Source: Monocercomonoides exilis PA203
Lineage: Eukaryota; Protista; Preaxostyla
Assembly (NCBI GenBank): GCA_001643675.2
Contig: LSRY02000005.1
Span: 310,001-374,000 of the forward strand
Direction: 5' to 3'
DNA length: 64,000 nt
Made by a program: the position numbers and the translations under genes. The notes under the pieces are model-generated. The model had not been told where the DNA came from, did not search any database, and was given only the letters and a program-made list of their open reading frames with translations. Numbering within the stretch: the stretch's first letter is position 1; every line of letters begins with the position of its first letter. Positions 1 to 13,719 of this stretch are shown in pieces.

Positions 1-98
1 CTTTTTCCTCTTCATTGCCTCCTTATCCACTCACTACTAAAAGTACCTCCGCCTCTTCCCCCAAAGCTTTCTCCACTGCACCTCCTGTCAAAAAGCGC

Positions 99-589
99 CT
101 TCTCATCCACGACACCCGCCCGAAACTGAACGCAGTGGTCCAGTCTTTCATCTTCAGCTGGTTCGAATCCGAATCAACTATCTCTTAGCTGAGTGCAGCA
201 ACTTAGCAATCCCTAACCTCCATTCCATGCGCACGTGCATGTACTCTATGCGTGCGGAGTGTGTGGAGTGGGCGCACAGCGAGATCGATGCGGATGTCTT
301 CAACGCTCTGTTACAGCTATCACGCAGGCTGGAGAACATCCAGGCGCTCGTGCGGTCTGCACTCGAAATCTTTCAAGCAGTTCAAGGAGGGTGGAATGTG
401 CTTGCTCACTGCGCTGATGGCTGGAACAGGATGCTCGCCATCACTTCAGTAGCGTTCTTGCTGCTGGATCTATTCTACAGGACGATTGCTGGCTTTTCAT
501 CGCTGGTGAAGAAGGAGTGGATGCACTTTGGGCATCAGTTTGCGACGAGGAACGTGAACAGGCAGAGAGGGTGGCCGGTGGGAGAATGA
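99..589 (+). pseudogene. Myotubularin-family phosphoinositide phosphatase fragment, frameshifted
   Basis: LLIHDTRPKLNAVV (from 99) is in a different frame from IPNLHSMR...VLAHCADGWNRM...LLLDLFYRTIAGFSSLVKKEWMHFGHQF. These match the myotubularin motifs DxRPxxNA, NIHxMR, HCSDGWDRT and DPYYRTxxGFxxLIEKEWxxFGH. Frameshift near 175-180, early stop at 589, active-site D replaced by N. Confidence 0.8.
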
Positions 590-813
590 AGAAGTAATTA
601 TGTGCACAAGCACACTTTTAATGAAAAAGCTTGAGGAAGCAGAACAGGAGAGCACTGCAACAATGGACGTGATAATACTACTGATGGTGGTGGTGGTAGT
701 GGTGGTGGCAGAGGACTGAAGGGAAATACAAGCAAAAAGATGGAGCATGGCTCTGCTTTACCGTCTTTCGCACATCCAGCATCTTTTACGCCTGTCTTTC
801 CTGTTTCTCAAAT

Positions 814-873
814 CTCTTCTTCTTCTTCTTCTTCTTCTTCTTCTTCTTCTTCTTCTTCTTCTTCTTCTTCTTC
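814..873. repeat. (TCT)n microsatellite
   Basis: About 20 uninterrupted TCT units. Confidence 0.95.
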
Positions 874-1170
874 TGCATTTGACAAACCGCATTCTCCATT
901 AACTTCATCATTTCCTTCTCCAACCCCTTCTTCTTCTCCAATCTTTTCTCCAAATGCTTCTCATTTCTCTCTTCAAGCCTCTTCTCCTTCAGCCATTTCT
1001 TCTTTTTCTTCTGCTTCTTCTTCTTCTTCTTCTGTTTCTTCTTCTGATGCAGCTAGTGTCAAATCAGCAGAGCACAAGTTATTCAGAGAGAGGGAAATTT
1101 AGCCGCCTGCAAGATGCTTCTGTCCCATCTATTAAACATCCCTCACTTCCTCTCTCTCCTTCCTCCACCT

Positions 1171-1426
1171 GGGTGATTATTTTTCAAATCATATTTTTTC
1201 GAACAAAAATTTCTGAACAAAAATATTTCTTGGATATCAATAAAAAAAATTGAAATGTGAAAAGGCTTATTAAATTCATTTTTATTTTTGGTTCGGAAAA
1301 CCCATTTGTTTTCAAAAACAATTATCATGCTTTTTCTCCTTTGAATAAATATTTTCTTTCAAAAAACAAACAATCTTTGAAAAATAAACACCCCGAAAAA
1401 AGATATGAATTCAAAAATAAACACCC
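1171..1426. mobile_element. 256-bp MITE with Sola2-like ends (copy 1)
   Basis: Starts gggtgattatttttcaaatcatatttttt and ends aaaaaagatatgaattcaaaaataaacaccc (imperfect TIR). Flanked by ACCT at 1167-1170 and 1427-1430. AT-rich insert inside a CT-rich segment. Confidence 0.85.
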
Positions 1427-2486
1427 ACCTCTTTCACTTCTTCTCTTCACTTCTCCTCAGCTCATTATCAGTCTGGTCATTCCTCTCCTTCCACATTTCC
1501 TTCCCCTTTCCAATCACCGTCTCCTTCTCCTTCTCCTTCTTTGTCTCCATTTCCTTCTCCTTCTTTCTCTCCTGTTTCTTCCACTCCTTCCTCTTCCCCT
1601 CTCTTCGCACACTCTCTTTCCAGCACTTCTCCTTATGTCACTCCAATTCTGTTTGCTGGCCGGCTCTCGACACCTCCAACAAGCTCTTCGTTCTCTTCCT
1701 GTTTGTCCAGTTATGAATTGTCAGCTTCTGCACATCCTTTAACAATGTTATCGCATTATCCTCCGCGGAAAACTTAAGCTGTGCCTGTTTTTTTCTCTTC
1801 ATCCTTCGCTTCTTCATTTGCTCCATCTTCAACATCTTCTTCTTCTTCTTTTATGTCAGCTTCAATTCTGGTTCAATCTCAGTCTCAGTCTCAGTCTTAG
1901 CCTCAGTTTCTGTCTCAATCTCAATCTCATATTTCTTCAACTGAAATATCTCCTCTTTTTTCTTTTCAATTGCATCCTTCTTCTGAAGCAATGAATACAG
2001 TTACTCCTCAACAGTTGCAGAAAACTTTTGTGCATTCACAGCTTTTCAATCAAATGTCCAGGCAGGAATCATCTGCATCCCAAAATTCAAACAACGCAGC
2101 TCAAATAAAAGCAACATCAGCATAAACAGAACAGAAATTGCATTCAGACAGGCAAAAGCTGAAAGCTGAGGTTGAGTCAGTTAAGGATCCAAAGAAGTTT
2201 ATGATGAGGGCATTGTCCCTTCACAAAACAGCCCCTCATCATCCTTGGCTGCCTCGAACACCTCGTTTGTCAGGTGCTATCGATCACAGAATGTTGCAAC
2301 CAGCGGGAGTGAAGGGAATCCATCGAAACCAGGGAGATAGCAGATTACAGAAAATGGGGCGAATTCATTCACTTGGTGTGAGTGGAATGGCTCTAAAACA
2401 ACTGGGACATCGCCTCACATAGATAATGGTGTTTCGAATGGAGGGGCGATAAGCATGAATAATCTTGCATCTGGGACACTTTCAGC

Positions 2487-2562
2487 TAGCCCTGGGTGAC
2501 GCGGTGACTTCTGACGTGACCTTTTCGATTTTTGACGTACGTGACAGATTTTTCCACGTCAC

Positions 2563-2607
<45 letters not shown>

Positions 2608-5241
2608 AAAAGAAAAGAAAAGAAAAGAAAATTACAAATAATAATTACCATTATTCAATTTTCACTGACGCAAAAGCGGAAATCGGAATTTTGACGCGTC
2701 ACTGACGTCAGTGACTTTTGACGTCACATGCAGTCATGAAATAAATGAAGTATAAAAAGGAGCAGAAGATCAAAACAAACCAGCTAAATTTCTTATTTGA
2801 TAGCTTTAATTATTTTCAATTCACACAACCATTACAATTTTAATTAATATTGGAATTCTCTTATTTTTTATGAAAGAACTGAATACAAATCTCAAAATGA
2901 TGCTGAAGAATGCTCATTGATTGATTAAAAAATAAATGATTGTTCGAAGTTGTGAATTTGACTCTTTGGTTGTTAAATAGTTCTTTGTTTGATCAACTCA
3001 TCAAACTTTTCGCTTCGTGTGATACGACAGTTTTCATCTGATAAAGAAGAAACTTATTAATATCAAAAACCATCTTTCTACAATTTTTTGCACTCATCCG
3101 GAACCGTATGTGACGTTACAGAAAAAAAATCACTTTTTTAATACCAAGAACACCAATAAGATTCTCAATTGCTTTTATGAAGTGAATAAAATTTTTGTTT
3201 GTGGGCACAGCAGGCGAAGGTTTTCAATCAGGGTGTTTTGAAATTGCTATTGAAGAAGTTGAGTCATCAGGAGAATATAAATAATGAAAGGAATAATACA
3301 AAATTGAACAAATTGAAGAAGATGAACGTAACAATTCATTTTAGGAAAACAATTTTGAAGAGTCAATGAAAATAAGAAAGTTATTCATTCATAAAGAGCA
3401 TTTTCAACTTTGTTTTATTATCACCGTTTCACTTTTTTTTTTGAAATAATGAAAAAAATTCGCTTTAAAATAAGAAAATGATTGTTTTCTTTTTTTACGA
3501 AATAATGAAAATGGAAAAATATCATTTTTAAGTAATTAGACTCAAAGCAATTTCTCAATAATTTACAAAATAATCATAGAATTTTAAAATCAATAAACAA
3601 TTATTCTTTCTGAAAAGAAAATCAAGAAGAATATGAAAACATAAGATGATATCTTCATATCCTTCTTCTTCCATCTTTTCAAACACTTCGCTTTTCTTTG
3701 TCTTTTTTCACTTCTTCGTCAGCTTTTTTCAATTTTCTTGAAATATTCTGTAAGAAATTCAAATAGCTTCAAACAAGTTTCATCTTTCAAAATTAATTGA
3801 TTCATTTCCTCCGAAAATAGATTAATAGTGCCTTCATTTGCAAAAGTATCAATTCTCACATATCAATTTTTTGCTGCCACTCTGATTAAAAAAATGAATC
3901 ATTATCTTATTCCTTTGTAATTATCCTTCGCTGCTCGAAATACATTCACAATGCTGCTGATGAGTCCAGCAAGTTCTTCGTTCCACAATTGGCAAAAGAG
4001 AAAATGCAGCTCCAACGTAAGGAGCTATTTCAATAAAACTAGTTTTTCTTTCACTTCTTTTCCTTCATTTTTCTCTTCTTTTTTTCTCCTCCAATATGCT
4101 TTTCCATCAGCTCTTTCAATTTTTTGCTTCCTCTATTGTGAAATGTGATTCATTCACAATCACTCCTTCAAGGCTTTGATCAATACAAAATCCTTCAAAC
4201 AAAATCCGCCAAGAAGACTGATGCTCAAGCCATGTCAGATTATGATGTCGCTGGTGATATCTGATGATTTCTTTGATTTCATCCAGGAAAACTTCTTTTT
4301 CAATTTTCTGTTGAAAAAATTCAAGAAAAATACAAAATCATTAAAAAGAAGGAAAAAATGAACAAACATTATATCCATTATTGCAATTCAAAGCAAATAA
4401 AACAATTTTAACTTCAAACAATGGTTCTTCGCTTTCATCTTTGTTCAAAGCTGTTATCAAAAGTCAAGACACACATATCGAAAGAAATTCCAAAAATATA
4501 TTACAATAACTGTGAAGCATAATGTAGAATTTGCATAAGCCAAACAACAGTCTTTCATTCTTTTCTTCTTTTTTCTCATTTTCATCAATAATCATCTTTT
4601 CGAATCTTTCGTTCAACAAAGATTCTTTTATGCAATCAACCTTCATGTTTTTCAACTTTTTTGTAATGTCCAATACACTTCAACAGCAAAATTGCATTTT
4701 CCATCGTATCTTTCTTTCCTCCTATCATATCATCAATTCCATCGTAATTTCTCTCTTGAAAATTGAACCAAATTATTCTTCATTCATTTTCTCGATTTTC
4801 TGTTTTTGATCTTTATCTTTGCCCTGTTCCACTTTAGCCACCAATTCTTTGTGAAAAAACTGGAAAAAAATCGAAATGAAAAAATTAAGTACAATATTAT
4901 CTGCAAACCAGTATATTTGCAACAAATGTTCTTCCCTCATTTCTTTGAAAATGCATTGTGTTCAGAAAACAATGTTATTATCATATAAATATGGGATTAT
5001 CATATGCTAAGGCACAACTATTCCAGGCGAAAGAATAACAATAAAAAGCAACGAAAAGTCTGCACTCAAACCATCATCTTATGCACTTGAATTTCTTATT
5101 TGATTTTGATTCAAAAAAAGCTTTATTTTCTAATTGTATGAAAATGGGATTTTTGATATAAAATATCTTTAATATATTTCAAAAATAATAATCCGAATTC
5201 AGCAAAAAATAAATAGGCAAATTATTAAAACAACAGCCAAT

Positions 5242-5277
<36 letters not shown>

Positions 5278-5353
5278 TTTTTTTTTTTTTTTTTTGGAAG
5301 TGGAAAAGTGGTGACGGACGTGACGAATTTTCAACCTCACATCACCCAGGGCC
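2487..5353. mobile_element. Non-autonomous TIR DNA transposon (~2.87 kb) with 9-10-bp TSD and captured cargo (Pack-MULE-like)
   Basis: gccctgggtga (2489-2499) is inverted to tcacccagggc (5342-5352). A poly-A tract follows the left end and is mirrored by poly-T before the right end. TGAC/GTCA-rich subterminal DNA. Direct repeat (c)actttcagc at 2477-2486 and 5353-5362. Interrupts a restorable reading frame. Confidence 0.85.
3630..4790 (-). pseudogene. Decayed copy of an expanded, uncharacterised E/K-rich helical protein family, carried inside the TIR element
   Basis: Fragments in several frames with stops: LNERFEKMIIDENEKKEEKNERLLFGLCKFY...LSICVS*LLITALNKDESEE, NLTWLEHQSSWRIL, EGVIVNESHF. I recognise these from memory as a large Monocercomonoides hypothetical family; not searched. 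Confidence 0.65.
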
Positions 5354-6307
5354 ACTTTCAGCGAAATTTTGTTCGTTCAACAACTGCACGACATATTGTG
5401 CTGGGGGAGGTATTATGTGCCGTTCAATCAACTCCATCAAGATTGAGAACAACTTATTCAACTCCTGCATTGCTAAAAATCGTTATGGAGGAGGGATGAA
5501 TGCTTATAATACTTAATCATGTGTCACGATCAGCAGTTGTGAATTTCAGAAATGCACAGCAAAAGAATGTGGAGGAGGACTTTTTTTCAATTCTTTTTAT
5601 GTTTCTGGATCTGACTGAATAGGAGCAATAAATGGGCCTAATGCTTGTGAATAAAACAAAGCTTGGCAATAAGATAGAATCTTTTTGGTATTTATTGATT
5701 TAACATTTTTCCTTCTCTATTTTAAAGTTTTATCTTTTTTCTTCATTTCACCTGTACACTGGTTAAGTGAAATAAAAATTTTGAAATTGCTAAAGTTAAT
5801 TATATGTTTATTGAAAAATCAAATTAATGTGTTATGTTTAACTTGTTCTTCTGTCGAATTAATCAAAAAAACTAAGTCTCATTTCAGTTCTGACAAATTT
5901 ATGTTTTTTCAGTGATAAACGAAGTGTAAATTGCAAAAATGAAAAACACTTTTCTATTAAAACAATAAGGTCTATAATTGAAATGAAGAAAAAACAAAAA
6001 ATGACAAAAAGAAAAATAACAGCTTAACAAACCATTGTGGTTCCTTTTCATATTTTTTCCGAAATGTTCAAAAAGATAACATGTTTAATTCCTGATTTGG
6101 TCTCTTTCGAATTAAATAACTCGTTTCATCATCCAAACAACAAAATAAATATTAAATAGTATATATAACTTCCCTTTAACCTCTCGAATCGAAATAAATT
6201 GAATTGTGAACGTCCATAACATTAATAAAGTTTTAAATCACAATATATAGATTTAAAAACCTCGTAATATCGTATCTGAATTTAATGAAACAATTATTTA
6301 TTTATAT

Positions 6308-6772
6308 TATTCCTCTGTGACATGACAAGAGAAAATTGAAAAAATGACAAAATGATTGACAAGATATTTATGACTTGTCAAAAAGTGTCATTTATAATGA
6401 TTTCATAATTCTTAAAAACTTAAATAATAAATTTGAAAATCTTCATGAAATAATTCTTATTATTTTGAAAAAATCAAAATCAAAATAAAATGATCAGGTT
6501 CCCAATATTTATATTATTTGACACGAAATGTCAGTTGAGGAATATTTTTGTCACAATTTGTCATTGACAGTCACTGACGGTCACTGACAAAAAAGAAAAT
6601 ACGACAAGATATTACAGATGCAATCAACAAATCTTTTCCATAGTGCTTTGAAAAGTCTTTAGAAGTTTTAGCAATATTTTATTTTATATTAATTAAATAA
6701 TAATAATAATAATAATTTCTGTATTTTTGTGACAGACGAGGCTTCAAGTTATTCGTCAGGTCACAGAGGTAT
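6308..6772. mobile_element. ~460-bp MITE, CCTCTGTGAC family (copy A)
   Basis: TIR core cctctgtgacatgac from 6312 and gtcaggtcacagagg to 6769. Full-length similar copy at 60386-60856. Flanking direct repeat atttatatta at 6300-6309 and 6774-6783. Confidence 0.9.
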
Positions 6773-8250
6773 AATTTATATTAAAATGATGGTTTATTAA
6801 AAGCATTAAAAAAGCAATATCGTTAAATCACACTCAAATATTAATCAATAATATTCAATAACTGAGCTTGAAGGGAGATGTTATGCAATATAATTTTGAT
6901 ATAAATAAAAACTCAATAAATAAATGTGATAATGGAATTATCAAGATTATCGCAAATTAACTAAGTTTTCAAAATTTTAATCAAGATTCTTTTTCTATTA
7001 ATTTAAAAACATGTATTTTTGCATTTTTCATTTCATACCACAATTACAAAAAAAAAGATCTTTCTTCGAACAAAGTTACGATATGAAAGACAATGACTCA
7101 TTTAAGCTGCTCTAAATGGATATTCTTCGTCTATGAGAACATGTTTATGAAAAGACGTGATTGTTTGTGGAATCGAAAGTCAATCTCTGTTGACGATTAG
7201 AAACATCTCTTGATATAAGTTTAAAAATGTTATTTGTGTATTTTTTGTCGTAATTTGAAACTGCAATTTCAATATTGATCTTTGAAGAGAATGAGACAGG
7301 GTGCGAAGCGTTTCTTATTGCAAATTCAAATCCATCTTAAAGTGTCAATTTTAATGAATAAGAAGGATCTCTTGTGGGATGAAAAGCTGTCGAACAAGAA
7401 TGATGTGGAAATAATTTTTCACAGTTCTTTCTTTCAATTTTGATGTTGATTGTTGAATAATCTTTTGAAAAAAAAAAGTTGACAGTTTATGGAAATAGCT
7501 TCAAAGAAAAGGTTTTCTTGTGACGAAAAAGATTAAAAGCTTATTCGGAAATTTGTCATCAAGCAATTTTCAACATTGTATGCTTTGATAATTATTTTTA
7601 AATGCAAATCATTTTGTTTTATTTCAGATTTTCTTTTAGAGAATTGACCACTTTCATCCAATGCATCATAATATTTCTTTTTATGAAAACATTTTCAACC
7701 TTTAAGTTTCATCACTCGTTCGAATCTATTTTTGGAATAATCTGATTTTTCAATTCATCACTTCGATTACGAGCATTGAATAATTCATTTTCTTAATATA
7801 ATTCATATTTATTTGTTTCAAATATCAACAAAATTTTCACGAATTGATAATCAACCAGAAATGTGGAATAGCAATATTTTTGAATGTATACAAATAACAT
7901 TAGATAATTTTCATGCATTGTGTCATCATCTCTTCCTTTGTTGTCTTGTATGCTCAACTTCTTTTTATCATTGTCTCCGCTTTATTTCATATCCTTCAAC
8001 CTTTTTCAAATTGTCTTCTTTTTTCTTTTCTTCACATCTTCTTCTTCTTCCCTCTCACTATTCAACTTCTTCTTCCAATTCTCTCTGCTTCTTCTCTCCT
8101 TTCCTGTTTCTTCTTTTTCCTTATATTCATCTTCTCTCCTCTCCATCATAATCAAAATCACCATTATCATCATCTTCTTCTTCTTCCAATGAAAAATCAT
8201 TTCGTTAATCATTTGAGAAGTCACTCAACAAAACTTAAAAGAATGTTCAT

Positions 8251-9600
8251 TTGGCCGTTGAATACAGAGAAAAGAAGGAACAAACAGCACTTTTGAAGAT
8301 GATCGAGAAGGCAAAAGAAGAAGGCAAAAGAGAAGAAGAAGAGAAAAGACGAGCAGAGGCCGAAGAGAAAGCAGCAGAAAAGAATGAAGAGAAAGGTGCA
8401 AGTGACACTGGAAGTGTGAAGAGCTATGCAAGCACAGGATCAGCCGACAGCTCAAATGCCTCGACCAACTCGTCGCAAGCAGCTGCATCTGTATTGAAAT
8501 CCCCAAAGACATCTCTTATTTCTTCTTCTTCTTCTTCTTCCTCTCCTGCTGCAAATTTATCCACTTCTTCTTCCAACTCATTCTCAACTTCCTCTTCCTT
8601 CTTCCTTGGTGGTACACTACGTGGTGAGTCTTTCTTTACTCGGAAGCTTCTCTAAACAGGTCCTCTTCTCTCTGTTAGAGGCAGTTCTGGTGCACAGACA
8701 CTGAATACGAGATATCTGTAGTCTCTACAGGCGAAGCTTAAGCAGAATACGAAGGCAGCAATGGACAAAGAGCGAATGAAGGCATCAAGAGGGGTAGGAG
8801 GAATGAGAGAAGGAGAGAGAGGAGGAGAGGAAGAAGAGAGAGGAGAGAGATAGAGAGAGGGCGATGTGGGTGCATCAGGAGAAAGAGAGGGAAGCGGAGA
8901 AAAAGGTATTGCGGAACTTATGAGGAGGAAATGGGGTGTGTTTGGAGTGAGTGGAGTGTATGAGGAAGAAGCAGATATTGAGTACAATGCGAAGGAAAGA
9001 GTGCTTTTGTTGAGGAAGAAAAGAATTGTGGCTGATGGGAAAGGCGAGGCAGCAGTTGTGAGAAGTGTGTTTGCGGTAAACGTGAAGTTTTTGTATGGAA
9101 AAATGCTGGACGAAGAGGAAAACACGCGAAAGGAGGAGATTCTGAGAACTGTGGAGGAAGTGGAGAGAGGGAAGACAGAGAAGGAGAAAGAGAGAAAGGA
9201 GCAGAAAGCGTCGCTGGCAATGCTTTCGGAAAAAGAAATTGGAAGAACGATGAAGGCGATGATGATTATCCGCTGCCTCCGAACTTTGGTAGGGCGACAA
9301 CTGTGCTCAGCAGAGATGCTCTGAAGGCGTCTTCTGCTCGTTCGACGGCTGTGGCTGAGCCGAAGAGAACGAGAGTGCACTCACAACTGCAGACATCGCT
9401 GGAGAAGGCGCAGGAGATGGAGCAGAAGGAGAAGGAGAAGGCAGCAATCGAAAGGGAAAAAAGGAAGGAGCTATCGATGGACGACGAAAATGTGCTGCAC
9501 TCGCTCAAAGGAAGAGACATTGGAGATGGAAGAATGCTGGCTGGACAGTCTAAACAAAATGGGAATGATAACTCTGCTGATCAGCCCACACCATTTCCAA
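8251..9600 (+). pseudogene. Fragmented hypothetical E/K/R-rich coding relic
   Basis: Consecutive coding-like ORFs 8251-8655, 8866-9324 and 9303 onward, in different frames and separated by stops. No recognisable domain. Confidence 0.35.
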
Positions 9601-9614
9601 GCACTTCTTTGACT

Positions 9615-10100
9615 CCCTCTTCTTCCTTCTTCCTTCTTCCTTCTTCTTCCTTTTTTTCTTTGTTCTTCTTCCTTTCGAAGTCTTTTCTTTCAATCTTTCA
9701 ATCTTCCTTTCTATCTATCTATCTATCTTTCTATCTATCTATCTATTTATTTATCTTTCTTTTCTTTCTTTTTCTTCTTTTTCATTCTTATTCTTTTTTT
9801 TATTATTTCCTTTTTCTTTTTCTTTTTCTCTCCTCTCTTTCTTCTTCTTCTTCTTCTTCTTCTCACCTCTTCTTCATCTCCTTCTCCATCTTCTTCTCCT
9901 TCTCTCCTCGCCTTCTTCTTCTTCTCTCCACTTCTTCTTCTTTATGCTTCAACCTTCTTTTCCTTCTCTCTTTTTTCTCTCTCTTTTCTTATTCTTCTTT
10001 CTCTCTCTTTTCTCCTTTCTTTTTCTTCTCTCTTTATCTTTTCTCCTTTCTTTTTCTTCTCTCTTTATCTTTTTTCCTTTCAACTTCTTTCCTATAATCT
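9615..10100. repeat. CT-rich low-complexity tract with (TCTA)n
   Basis: Nearly pure pyrimidine; tcta repeats near 9710-9745. Confidence 0.8.
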
Positions 10101-13100
10101 TCTTTTTATGCAGCTATTCTATTTCCATATGTTTGTGAATTCAACTATTAAACCTCAAGCATCTTTCATTTAATACTTTCTTCTCTCATCTTTTCCTTGA
10201 TCTTGTTTTTTTCTTTCTTCATATTTTTTTTCTTTAAACTCCAGTTATAAAAAAGATATCCCCTTAAAATTGTTTCAAATATTCAGATATTTTTTTGTTT
10301 CCGAAATTTCAATCGTTCATTGACTATGTCATTGAATGTCACAGGAATAAAACAAATTTTATAAATTTTCAATAAAAAACAAAAATTAAATCATTACAAA
10401 GATCAAAGCTATTTGTTACAAACACAATGATTGAAATATATATTATATGTTAAATGCTGAATGAAATAAAAGACAAATGAAAAGAAGGAAAATAATACGA
10501 TCCAAAAAAAGTTTATATCATCAAAAATCAAAAACAAAACCATATCCAACATGCAACACCTGCGGAAACTTCTAATTCTTCTTCCGATCTTCTATGTTTG
10601 TTGTCGTTGCCAATTGCTTATCTCGAGTAATCTTAAAAAAAAATTGAAAAGAATGAAAAGCTTCCATTCATGTGTGTTCATGAACAATTAAACATTTTCC
10701 GAAAATGAAACTTATTAAAGATTGAAATTTAATATTCTTCGAACATCAAAAAGTTTGCACAACCGAATAATACTCAGCAAAAAAGAAAATGCTTTATATA
10801 CGAACAATTATGGTTATTTTCGAAAATTGAATCAATCCAAATTTGCGTATTAAAAATATTACAGAAAATGATGATTTATCACATTAATTAATTTCCAATG
10901 CATTTAAAAAGTTGTTCCACAAAAATTCAAAAAAAAGATCAAACATTGAACGAGATTATCATCTCAAAAATAATTACCCAAATGAGCTATAAATAACTCA
11001 CTTTTTTTCACACAATATTTTGACATTTGTGACTTTTCTAAATCATGAACCAAAATTCACATCAGTTTTAAATTGATAACGATAAAAGAATTAATAAAGA
11101 AAATTGATAAATGAAAAGAAACAATTATTCAAATAATGAAAATTTGGTTGAAACTGAAACAATAAAAGAAATAGAAAAAAATGATTTTTCAGAACAAAAA
11201 TATTTTTTGAAACTGAGAATAAGAAAAAAAAGAAAAGAAAACATTTTTTCCAACGTGATGATGTTCCAGTTCTCGATGATTTTTATCTGAAATCCAATGA
11301 TAACAACAGCTCATCTTCTTTTTCTTCGGATTCAGATCAATTTGAAGCTGGAAAACTTTGGCTTCACAACAGAACTGACTGATAATTGAATTTCTTGAAA
11401 GAAAAAATTGAACTTTTTTGACAGTTTTTATTTGTTCATAACTTTTTTTCTGTTTGGACAAAACAGTTGAATGATCAAAGTTTTATTTGTTTATTGTTTG
11501 GGGAAAAACATTGAAAAGCAGATTTTTAAAGATTAATACGAACAAAAAATCAAATTCAAAAAAAAAGGACACTTGAAACCCTTATCTTCAAAGATAAGCA
11601 CAAATACGATTTGAGTGGTTTTGTTGCCTCAATTCTGAAATTTGAGCAAAATGTAATTGGTGGAAAAAATTCATTCAGAAAACGAACAAATGTGGAATCA
11701 GTGATATTTAGTATGTTGCGAGTTTGAATGGTTGTTGATGATGAAAAATATTCAAATGGACAAGAATTTGATTGTCAGGAAATACAAAAATATTCCAATC
11801 AAGCTAATTTTCCCATTAAATAAGTTGAATATAATATATAATCTAATAATTCAAGTGACAATAACTTTTTGAAAAAGATCATTCACAAATAAGTTGGAAA
11901 AACCACACTTTTCAAATAAAAAAATCACAAGAACCATAAATGATAAGGGTAATTGTTTTTGGAATTAAATATTTTTGTTGGTCTATGTCCTGATGCTAAG
12001 TTTTTTTGATAAAGATAAGAAAAACATTGTCCTTGTGAAAAAAGGGCAAAGATTGTGTTTGAGGAAGAAATTACTGAGATGAAAGATAGATAGATAAGTG
12101 TAAAAATGTTTTTTTCAGAGACATTGAATTTATCACAAATATATATTTTGTTAATACATGGAGCAGTATTTTTGAAAGAATAATAATAATTTCAAAAAGA
12201 ATCACCCATTTATATCAATAAAAGTCGAATAAAATCGTTTTTCAAAAAATGAATAATTGGGGCAAAACATTACACTTCAGGCATTTTCATTGAAAAATTA
12301 TGCACAGTGGACGAACTTTTTGTGATCCAAAAAACACATTTAAAATGGATTATTTTTTTGAAATACTTGTGAGATCACAAAAAATTTTTGAAATTATATA
12401 AATGATGTTTTCTTTCGGAAATGAAAATACAATTTATTTTGTAATCTGATAAAGTTATTGAAAGTTATGAGTGTAACAAATATTTTTTGCATTGTGCGAA
12501 AAATGCTTGATAGTTCGTATTTTCCCCCAATTGGTCAAAAAAACAAATGTTTTTTGTAATTTTTCTTTTCTTTTTTTCTCAATACTTGAAATTCTACAAT
12601 TCAAAATTTGAGAATAGCAATATTAAACTTTTGAAAACGAACACATGCCAAATGAAAAACATTAAAAATTCATAATTTAAATATTGTTTGACAATTTCAC
12701 AACAGTCCAGATGAATCAAATTCACTTGTTTTTCGTTTGATTTTTGGATCAGTCAAGAGGAAAAAAAATGTTTGAAGTTCAAAATGATGAAGATTTTTCT
12801 TTGCCAATTTCCCAACTCAAACAGATTTTCGATTGGCACTCGAGCATTGATCGGGATTTCAAAAGAAAAAGAAAAAGTTTTATTTGAACATCGCGCGTGC
12901 TAATATTTGAATGAGCGTTCAAAATAAAATAACTTATTTGCGAAAATTTGAAATAATTATTGCTTCAAAACAAAAATGACAACTTAAAAATTACAATCAA
13001 TCTGCAACAATCGCTTCAACACAAGCATTTTGAAAACTCAAATTGAAGCAATTCTGGGAAATGCAACTTATGAACAATTAATTTTGCAAATTGAAATTAG

Positions 13101-13719
13101 TGACGATAGTTTTCGTATGAATTCACAAATAATAACTGAATATTTTACAAAAATGGTGGATAATTTCAAAAAAATAAAAATGGTTAAAAATGTTCTGGAA
13201 AAAAAAATATTTCAATTATTAACAGAAACGAATCTGGTTCACGCAATTTTCAAAAAAACAGAAAATTATTCGAAAACATATCACAAAAATTAAAATCACA
13301 TGAATACACAGTTTTGGAGTTACAAAGAAGAAAAAAAGTTAGAAAATGAAAAATATCTTATTTAATTATTCTTTGATTCCGTTTTCTCTCATTGTTACTG
13401 ATTTTTTGCTTGAACGTCATATCGTCAGGCCATGAAGCCATATCAGCAAAGAAAAACATATCATGCAATTATTCGATGCCTCTTCTTCAAAACATCAAAA
13501 GCACTGACTTCGTCCAACTTTCTCTCCAAAAATATCAATTCTCCTTATCAACTTTCACTGTTCTTTCTCTTCTTATTATTTTCTCCATTTTGGTGAAATC
13601 TTTTTGCCTTCAGAATCTTCCTCATTTTCAAATGCTTGCTTGACTATTTTCCTTATTCAGTGCCTTTCAGTTCCACAAAAGCAATATTTTTATCCTTTCA
13701 TATTTTCTCTCCCATTCTC

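Larger units (their letters stand above)
2200..5580 (+). pseudogene. Relic of a beta-helix (pectin-lyase-like) surface-protein family gene, split by the 2487-5353 insertion
   Basis: Removing the insert and one duplication copy restores ...FTWCEWNGSKTTG...NGGAISMNNLASGTLSA|KFCSFNNCTTYCAGGGIMCRSINSIKIENNLFNSC. This resembles FEWCEWN...GGALYV...CLFNNC...GGAL in the 13720-21819 protein. In-frame stops are present. Confidence 0.8.

Noticed and set aside
10950-11965. Solitary Sola-like ends (aataattaccc ending 10979; gggtaattg at 11947)
   Set aside because: They face outward and have no matching TSD partner, so they are not called as elements.
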